Shown here in pieces: positions 1-5,693 of a stretch of DNA of 64,000 nt. The stretch lies in the NCBI GenBank assembly GCA_029858305.1, contig JAOUFI010000002.1, forward strand, positions 32,001 to 96,000, written 5' to 3'. The stretch is from Candidatus Thorarchaeota archaeon (GTDB lineage Archaea > Asgardarchaeota > Thorarchaeia > Thorarchaeales > Thorarchaeaceae). Within the stretch, counting starts at the first letter, position 1, and the number at the start of each line of letters is the position of its first letter. The position numbers and the translations under genes are program-made. The notes below the pieces were generated by a model. The model searched no databases. It was not told where the DNA came from and saw nothing but the letters and a program-made list of their open reading frames with translations.

Positions 1-2
1 TC

Positions 3-176
3 TTTCACGACGCATCACGTAGAAGCCAGTTTGTTCTCCTCACACCAGCAAAGAGCACTCATCTTCTAAAGCACGCTGACAAAATACTCGGGATCGTTTC
101 GCCAAATGGTGTGGAACCCTCTATAATAATCGAGAGTCCTAAATTCAAAGGAAAAGAGGAGGGACAGAACAATTGA
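3..176 (+). CDS. SMC-family ATPase, C-terminal fragment (Smc5/6-like); truncated by window start
   Basis: Frame 3 reads FHDASRRSQFVLLTPAKSTHLLKHADKILGIVSPNG...NN*. QFVLLTP matches the Smc5/6-type switch region (Q-x4-TP), and ADKILGI resembles the SMC C-terminal ADxxxGV strand. The TGA overlaps the TTG start of the next gene. Confidence 0.7.
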   Translation, partial: FHDASRRSQFVLLTPAKSTHLLKHADKILGIVSPNGVEPSIIIESPKFKGKEEGQNN

Positions 177-826
177 ATGAGAAGAACACTCTTGAGGAGC
201 GTGTTTTTAAAATCGTACAGGCGGCTCGTTCAGGAGAGATAGATCCACTTGAACTTCGACTATCTGAATCGTACAGAGAGTTGAAGGAGCTCGTAGCCAA
301 GATAGATAATAGGCTTGATATTGACGAGATGCTGAATGAGGTCTTGGGAGTCAAGGTCAGTCGTGTACAAGAATTGGCACGAGTTATTGCATCACCAGAG
401 GTCTATGTAGCTCTTCTGAAAGAGAAATCAGCCCGGGATCTAGCCAAATTATTGATACAGAGGCAACCTGTCGTCATTGGTCATCTCGAGCGTGATTCAC
501 TAAACGGTTCACTAGACAGAATCGTTCAGTTAATTGATGCAATGTCCCGCGAACCACCAGATGATCAAGTACCGAAAATGACCGGTCTTCCAAATGGATA
601 TGCATTCGAAACGGAGGATGCTGTCTTTATCGAGGATCTCGAGAAATTTCTTGAGACGATTCCTCTAGAGGGGAAAGTCATCTTTGATGCCATCATAGAC
701 ACTGATGAACTCGATTTGTTTCTAAAGTACTTTCTATATGTCATCATTCTTGTGTCGAGTGGACGTCTACTCTACAATCCTGCAACCCGCCAACTATGGA
801 AACCTCTTGTACCTGAAGCCACATAA
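173..826 (+). CDS. Kleisin (ScpA/Nse4-like) subunit
   Basis: N-terminal GEIDPLELRL resembles ScpA GEIDPWDIDI; C-terminal FLYVIILVSSGRLLY resembles the kleisin winged-helix FLALLEL..G.I motif; overlaps the SMC stop codon. Confidence 0.65.
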   Translation: MNEKNTLEERVFKIVQAARSGEIDPLELRLSESYRELKELVAKIDNRLDIDEMLNEVLGVKVSRVQELARVIASPEVYVALLKEKSARDLAKLLIQRQPVVIGHLERDSLNGSLDRIVQLIDAMSREPPDDQVPKMTGLPNGYAFETEDAVFIEDLEKFLETIPLEGKVIFDAIIDTDELDLFLKYFLYVIILVSSGRLLYNPATRQLWKPLVPEAT

Positions 827-892
827 TTGGTAAAGTTCTTTGCATCAGATGAGTGTTCAGTCAAAGAAACAAGCTGAAGTGCACTTGGAATT

Positions 893-2233
893 TCAGGCAA
901 CAGCCTCAGCTTGAAGTAAACTCGTGATTTCTATTGGTTCTTCATTTTCTTTTGGTAGTTGAGAATGCAACTTGAGTTTAGCTACTGCTAGGAAGCCTAG
1001 TAATGAAACCACCACAAGGGCCGTAGCTGCAGCGATGAAAGGAGGACTAGTAGAACCGACAGCTTCAGCCCAAACTCCTCCAATCCCCATCCCAATGACT
1101 TGGACAGCTGTAAAGGCAACATTGAGAAGAGCAAACACACGACCACGAAGCTCGTCCTCAACCAGCTCTTGTATTAATACAGTGAGAGGGATGTTCAAGA
1201 TAACATCTACAGCACCAATCATTGCCCATGAAAGCAAAACAGTTACGAAGTCAAAAGCTAGAGCCATCGCAAAGACACCAATACCAGCTAGAAGTCCTGC
1301 AAATGCAATCAGATAGAGTGGCTTCTCGAGCTTCTTCTTCCTACTCAGGTAAATTGCTGCTATTGCTCCTGTTCCTGCTCCTGCACTCAGAAGAAAACCG
1401 ATTTGAGTTGATCCAAGTCCTAGTTCACCCTCAAAAAATGGCATTAATAGTGCATTAAGGATACCCGATGATACTGCTAGCATCATCGCAAACACAAAGA
1501 GAAATGAGAGGATTGCATTTCCTATGACATAACGACCACCCTGAATAATCTGTCCTCGTAATGACTCGTGTTCGATTTGATGTCTCTTGGGTCTAAGATC
1601 TGTGGCAATTCCATGAAGTGCAATAGCTGATAAAGCAAACGTCATTGATGTGACTGCAAAGGCTAGAAAATAATTGGGAGCAAGGAGCGCAACAAGAATA
1701 CCTCCGAGTGGCGGAACAACTAACTGAACAACTTGGAATGTCATCTGAGATAGAGAGTTGGCTGCAACTAATTCATCGCCCTCGACAAGATTAGGAATAG
1801 ATGCGCTCCTTGCTGGGAAGAACCATGCATTTGCGGTTGCATAGATAAATGTCAATATGTAAACCCAATAAATTGTGGGAATAAAGGATGGGAAGTAAAT
1901 TGTAAGTGGAATCATGAGGATAGCTATAGCTCTAACAATATCTGATACAATCATGATTTTCTTTCGATTCCAAAGATCAACATATACTCCAACAAAACCA
2001 GCGAATACAACGATAGGCAAAACTTCCATCATTGTTAGTATCGCCATTGCCAGAGCTGAACCGGTTAGGTCGTACGCATAGAACAAAAGCGCAAGGGCTG
2101 AAATTGCTGTGCCAATATTAGAAACAAATTGACCCGACCATAATCTTGAGAAATCTCGGTGACCAAGTACAGCACGAAATCCTATTGGTCGTTTTTCTCC
2201 ACTGACATCTTCAATAATTTGTGTTTCCATCAC
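893..2233 (-). CDS. MFS transporter, DHA3/MFS_3 (MefA/EntS-like) exporter
   Basis: About 12 hydrophobic segments; RDFSRLWSGQFVSNIG, GVYVDLWNRKKIMIVSDIVR and ELRGRVF motifs. Start is GTG 2233 or ATG 2230. Confidence 0.9.
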   Translation of the reverse strand: MMETQIIEDVSGEKRPIGFRAVLGHRDFSRLWSGQFVSNIGTAISALALLFYAYDLTGSALAMAILTMMEVLPIVVFAGFVGVYVDLWNRKKIMIVSDIVRAIAILMIPLTIYFPSFIPTIYWVYILTFIYATANAWFFPARSASIPNLVEGDELVAANSLSQMTFQVVQLVVPPLGGILVALLAPNYFLAFAVTSMTFALSAIALHGIATDLRPKRHQIEHESLRGQIIQGGRYVIGNAILSFLFVFAMMLAVSSGILNALLMPFFEGELGLGSTQIGFLLSAGAGTGAIAAIYLSRKKKLEKPLYLIAFAGLLAGIGVFAMALAFDFVTVLLSWAMIGAVDVILNIPLTVLIQELVEDELRGRVFALLNVAFTAVQVIGMGIGGVWAEAVGSTSPPFIAAATALVVVSLLGFLAVAKLKLHSQLPKENEEPIEITSLLQAEAVA

Positions 2234-2238
2234 AAATA

Positions 2239-2337
2239 TTATCTCCTGAAATATGCCCAGGCAATCGCTTCAGTTGAGATTGTGGGCTTCGATTTGTTCA
2301 AGATGCGAGGAGTTGGATTGATGATTGTCGGGATCAT
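2239..2337 (-). CDS. Small peptide sORF5, 32 aa: MIPTIINPTPRILNKSKPTISTEAIAWAYFRR
   Basis: ATG preceded by GGAGTTGA; shares the STEAxAxAY..RR motif with sORF1/2; its 3' end AGGAGA is positioned as the SD for the MFS gene. Confidence 0.7.
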   Translation of the reverse strand: MIPTIINPTPRILNKSKPTISTEAIAWAYFRR

Positions 2338-2341
2338 ATTT

Positions 2342-2455
2342 TCAACTCCGAAATTGGATATTATTGAAAATGAAGGAGTCCTTCGATTGAACTTGGACTG
2401 ACCTGTTTTCCTTCGTGACGGAAAGAATGATTGAATTATTTGTTAGCTTCATCAT
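2342..2455 (-). CDS. Small peptide sORF4, 37 aa: MMKLTNNSIILSVTKENRSVQVQSKDSFIFNNIQFRS
   Basis: ATG preceded by SD-like GAGATGTGA; N-terminus MKLTNN resembles MALTTNN of sORF1; tiles between sORF3 and sORF5. Confidence 0.5.
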   Translation of the reverse strand: MMKLTNNSIILSVTKENRSVQVQSKDSFIFNNIQFRS

Positions 2456-2468
2456 TGTTCACATCTCG

Positions 2469-2597
2469 TTATACGGTGGTCACAGGTAATGCGGTTTCTG
2501 AGACTAACTGACCATTCTTATGACCACTAGGTGACCATCGACTGACAAGGTCGGGATCAGAAAGGAGCCAGAAGGTCTGTCGCTCAGAGGTTATCAA
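2469..2597 (-). CDS. Small peptide sORF3, 42 aa: MITSERQTFWLLSDPDLVSRWSPSGHKNGQLVSETALPVTTV
   Basis: TTG start 6 nt after the sORF2 stop, with SD GAGGT; fills the gap in the chain but lacks the shared motif. Confidence 0.35.
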   Translation of the reverse strand: MITSERQTFWLLSDPDLVSRWSPSGHKNGQLVSETALPVTTV

Positions 2598-2603
2598 TAG
2601 GAT

Positions 2604-2705
2604 CTACCTCTTGAAAGTCAAGTAAGCATAGGTCAGAGCATCTGTTGAGAGAGTCTTGTTTTGCTTGTACTTCTGAAGGATTCGGTAGTTTGTTGCTAGA
2701 GCCAT
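2604..2705 (-). CDS. Small peptide sORF2, 33 aa: MALATNYRILQKYKQNKTLSTDALTYAYLTFKR
   Basis: ATG 7 nt after the sORF1 stop, with strong SD AGGAGGT; paralog of sORF1 (MALxTNxR...LSTxAxxYAYL). Confidence 0.75.
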   Translation of the reverse strand: MALATNYRILQKYKQNKTLSTDALTYAYLTFKR

Positions 2706-2712
2706 AGTTGTT

Positions 2713-2814
2713 TTACCTCCTGTAGAGATATGCGTATGCTACAGCCTCGGTGGAGAGGGGATTGCGATCGTGCTTGTGCACGCGTTCAGTTCGGTTGTTA
2801 GTTGTCAGAGCCAT
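2713..2814 (-). CDS. Small peptide sORF1, 33 aa: MALTTNNRTERVHKHDRNPLSTEAVAYAYLYRR
   Basis: First ATG about 33 nt downstream of a TATATATA box; paralog of sORF2 and sORF5. Confidence 0.75.
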   Translation of the reverse strand: MALTTNNRTERVHKHDRNPLSTEAVAYAYLYRR

Positions 2815-2846
2815 AATAGTTCACAAGAAATACTGCTCAGAATTAG

Positions 2847-2854
2847 TATATATA
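2847..2854 (-). promoter_or_regulatory. TATA box for the sORF array-MFS transcript
   Basis: TATATATA at archaeal promoter spacing upstream of the sORF1 ATG (2814). Confidence 0.55.
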
Positions 2855-2969
2855 GCGAAGCCACTTCTGAGGGACACAAGATGAAGTCACAAGATGTGAC
2901 TATCTCTAGAGCGCGCTAATATCTTCGGAGGTCATACTTTATACCGGATGATTCTGAGAGGATCTAGAA

Positions 2970-3470
2970 ATGAACGAGTATGCAGTGCTTGTTAAACTTC
3001 TAACAAGAACAGGAACACCCATTGGAGCAAGCATTGAGGACATGCTCGATGCCCTTGGGCTCCCCGAAGAGCCAGGGCGGCACATTCTTTTCAAAAAATT
3101 AAGCGGCCTTCATACTAGACTCAAACCTATCGGTCTGTACATCAAACATAATCCAGTATCAGGAGTCTTCTACCTTGATACTTTAAATGATGCTGCTATT
3201 GCCCATGAAAACACTGCGCTGCCTGATAGACTAGCTGCGACACTTCTCATTGTCATCACACTTGCATACCAAGAGGGAGGATGGGTCAGCATTGACAGAG
3301 TACGAGAGTTCAGAAAGAAGGCTTTGCAGGGCGTTATGGTAGACCTTCGCGAACTTCAAAATCAGGGCTATGTCGAGATTGAGCAGGATAAGAAGCGAGT
3401 TAGGCTTGGAACTAGAGTGCCTTTTGAGATCGATTATGAGGCATTCTTCAAGGAACTTACAGAGAATTAG
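2970..3470 (+). CDS. KITE-like tandem winged-helix protein (ScpB/Nse1/Nse3-like)
   Basis: 166 aa with two predicted WH domains (LHTRLKPIGLYIKH..FYL; LRELQNQGYVEIE..VRLGTR), a pattern typical of KITE proteins; near SMC and kleisin genes. Confidence 0.6.
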   Translation: MNEYAVLVKLLTRTGTPIGASIEDMLDALGLPEEPGRHILFKKLSGLHTRLKPIGLYIKHNPVSGVFYLDTLNDAAIAHENTALPDRLAATLLIVITLAYQEGGWVSIDRVREFRKKALQGVMVDLRELQNQGYVEIEQDKKRVRLGTRVPFEIDYEAFFKELTEN

Positions 3471-3542
3471 AGCTTCATAAAAAAGATGGTGGCTTCGTTA
3501 GTTTTATCAGTAGTCAACAGCGACTCATAATTGGTTAGAATT

Positions 3543-3902
3543 ATGTCCCACAGGCGTTCACTTCGATTTTCACAGTCGACCTGCCCAGTATGCGGGGGCA
3601 AAGAAGTCGCTCGAGATGACCTAAAAGGAGACCTTCTTTGCACCAACTGCGGACATATTGTTACCCGAACTGAGTCAAGATCTGTTGGTAAGTTCGACAT
3701 AGCTCAGCATCTTAAAAGAAACGGAAAGATGACTTTCCCAAGACTAAAGGAAGTTACCGGAGCCTCTGATGACAAGCTCTTTGGTGTTCTCTCCGGTATG
3801 GAGAGCATGGATCTCGTCACACAGCTAGCTGGACAATATTCCTTGACAAAGAAAGGGCAAAGATGGTACCGTCAGAGACTGGGTCAAGAATGGGGATACT
3901 GA
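3543..3902 (+). CDS. TFIIB-type zinc ribbon fused to a winged-helix domain
   Basis: CPVCGG...DDLKGDLLCTNCGHIV is a TFB-like ribbon; the C-terminal wHTH ends YSLTKKGQ. ATG 3543 preferred over TTG 3531. Confidence 0.7.
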   Translation: MSHRRSLRFSQSTCPVCGGKEVARDDLKGDLLCTNCGHIVTRTESRSVGKFDIAQHLKRNGKMTFPRLKEVTGASDDKLFGVLSGMESMDLVTQLAGQYSLTKKGQRWYRQRLGQEWGY

Positions 3903-3993
3903 AATAAGAGATGCATCCCCTCAACCTTAGTGGTAACTATATTTACATGCAATCCACAATTTTATTGTGCTAATTTTTACCGTTTGAAATAGA

Positions 3994-4002
3994 TTTATTA
4001 AA
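3994..4002 (+). promoter_or_regulatory. TATA box (TTTATTAAA) with purine-rich BRE for putative ncRNA-1
   Basis: Ends about 21 nt upstream of the predicted 5' stem at 4023; no ORF follows. Confidence 0.55.
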
Positions 4003-4022
4003 CTCTGTTTTGAGTATCTAGT

Positions 4023-4116
4023 AGGGTTCGATTCGTTGAATTCTTAGTTCTTCAATCTCCCTCCTAACCACGCGATGTGCTGCGAGAGCAGTACCTTTGA
4101 TTTCGAATCGAATCCT
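4023..4116 (+). ncRNA. Putative structured ncRNA, copy 1
   Basis: 13-bp terminal stem AGGGUUCGAUUCG/CGAAUCGAAUCCU; core 4050-4075; hairpin GUGCUGC-GAGA-GCAGUAC (GNRA loop); upstream TATA and downstream U-rich tract. Confidence 0.65.
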
Positions 4117-4217
4117 TTCATTCTCTCTTTTCTGATTGTATTTTGTGTATTCGTTCATAAAAACCACAAATGAGTGTTTACTCAAAGTTAATTATTCCAA
4201 ATGTACCTAACTAAATG

Positions 4218-4226
4218 TTTAATATA
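4218..4226 (+). promoter_or_regulatory. TATA box (TTTAATATA) for putative ncRNA-2
   Basis: Same spacing to the AGGG 5' end as in copy 1. Confidence 0.55.
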
Positions 4227-4248
4227 CGTTCGGATGGAAACTCTATTA

Positions 4249-4384
4249 GGGCTTGGAACAGAGAGCTTCAAACTCCCCTCCTAACCACGCGAATATTCCT
4301 ATATCCAAAACCCAAACCCAAAAAACTGGTGTCTGGATGGTTGTAGGAACCTACTTTCCCTAGATTTTTCTCTGAACCAGGCCC
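4249..4384 (+). ncRNA. Putative structured ncRNA, copy 2
   Basis: Terminal stem GGGCUUGG/CCAGGCCC plus CAGAGAG/UUCUCUG; core 4266-4292 nearly identical to copy 1; inner stem UUCCUAUA/UGUAGGAA; pyrimidine tract downstream. Confidence 0.65.
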
Positions 4385-4400
4385 GTATTCCTTCTTAATT

Positions 4401-5558
4401 TTAAACCGTCTTCTTCGAGATAATCAAGTTTGGACCATCAATTTTGACGGGCATCTCAGGAGGCAAATCTAGAAGCCAATCCTCTAGCTCTTCAGGACTC
4501 TTGAACCGAAGTAGAATTCCCAATCTATCGAGTGGCAGGGTCTCATAACGGGTCATGATTTTCTTCATCTGAACCATTCGGAACGCTTCCAGTTCTGCTT
4601 TGGCTTCTTCCGCTAACTCCTTTGTTTTATCAAACCACGGACTATCACGTTCGAACTCCCATATTTCAACGAGCCCCTCCATCGAACCTGTAACGACATA
4701 TCTCTCATCAGGGGAAACAACCAACGCATGAACATTCTCAGTGTGTGTAACATCAGCTATGAGCACACCGCCGCGGAGAACCCAAACTCGGACTGTACCA
4801 TCTGATGAACCAGTAATAAAATGCTGACCATCATTCGTAATGTGAATCGAGAGAATTGGAGCTCGATGACCTGTCATAGTTTTGAGTAGCGTGCCGGTTT
4901 CAAGATCCCACAGGTACACAGTGCCATCCTGATCACCTGTGAGAATATAGCGAGAATCAGCAGTCATAGACAAAGCTGTCACATGACCTTTATGCCCCTT
5001 AAGGGTTCTAAGGAGTACACCCAGCTCGAAGTCCCAGATCCAGGCGATACCAGGATCTCTGTTACCTGGCACTCGTTTGCTCCCTGAAATTAAGTACCGT
5101 CCATCAGGACTGACAAGCATCGAATATATGCCGCGTTCATGATCTGATGTGCGAAGAAGAATCCCTCGATCAACATCCCAGTATCTTGCTAGTCCATCAT
5201 CTCCTCCAGTGACAATATACCTCTGATCAGGACTGATAGCTATTGCTGTGACATGAACAGAGTTTGGCGCGAGCGATCTGATTAACTCATGATTCTCCAA
5301 ATCCCAGATCTTAACAGCGAGGTCCTTGTCAGCAATGGAAACAAGACGTTTTCCATCGGGCATCACAGCAAGGCTGTATACAGGCCCGTTATGGCCTAGG
5401 AATTTATGAATCTCTTTTCCTGATGCAAAATCCCAAAGACGAATACTTGTATCCTGACCACCCGATATTATTGTCTGACCATCTGGCGTTATAGCTAAAG
5501 ACCAAACCGTGAACTCGTGCCCTTCCATTTGACAACTAGGTGTCATCTCATTAACCAA
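4401..5558 (-). CDS. WD40 beta-propeller protein with C-terminal PCI/winged-helix-like domain
   Basis: About seven GH...WD repeats; C-terminal IMTRYETLPLDRLGILLRFKSPEELEDWL resembles a PCI winged helix. Confidence 0.85.
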   Translation of the reverse strand: MVNEMTPSCQMEGHEFTVWSLAITPDGQTIISGGQDTSIRLWDFASGKEIHKFLGHNGPVYSLAVMPDGKRLVSIADKDLAVKIWDLENHELIRSLAPNSVHVTAIAISPDQRYIVTGGDDGLARYWDVDRGILLRTSDHERGIYSMLVSPDGRYLISGSKRVPGNRDPGIAWIWDFELGVLLRTLKGHKGHVTALSMTADSRYILTGDQDGTVYLWDLETGTLLKTMTGHRAPILSIHITNDGQHFITGSSDGTVRVWVLRGGVLIADVTHTENVHALVVSPDERYVVTGSMEGLVEIWEFERDSPWFDKTKELAEEAKAELEAFRMVQMKKIMTRYETLPLDRLGILLRFKSPEELEDWLLDLPPEMPVKIDGPNLIISKKTV

Positions 5559-5637
5559 ATATATTCTCCCTCAGCGCAGCTTGTGACCTTCTTAATAGAA
5601 TGAATGAACAAAAGTTTGTCGTTTCCTCGGAGGATAT

Positions 5638-5674
5638 AAGAAAAAGAGAGGGACGGTGGCAGATTGTGCCACCG
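5638..5674 (-). terminator. Hairpin plus T-rich tract downstream of hppA
   Basis: CGGTGGCA-N5-TGCCACCG (5654-5674) followed on the minus strand by CCCTCTCTTTTT. Confidence 0.55.
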
Positions 5675-5693
5675 CATCAATAATGCATTCGGA

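Noticed and set aside
2159-2401. 80-aa plus-strand ORF in the track
   Set aside because: Antisense shadow of sORF4, sORF5 and the MFS start; the minus strand has the SD and motif support.
2239-2814. Classical RiPP cluster
   Set aside because: No modifying enzyme or peptidase adjacent, no Cys, no double-Gly leader; an unmodified or regulatory role is more plausible.
4050-4292. CCUAACC in the ncRNA core resembles a telomerase template for TTAGG, or a branch-point CUAAC
   Set aside because: Only 7 nt; no reverse transcriptase gene or TTAGG arrays seen in the window, so most likely chance.
4050-4292. Two ~26-bp direct repeats as a CRISPR array
   Set aside because: Only two copies 216 bp apart, each inside its own promoter/stem unit; no cas genes.
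4023-4384. C/D box or H/ACA guide RNAs
   Set aside because: No RUGAUGA box C and no ACA tail or K-turn arrangement found.
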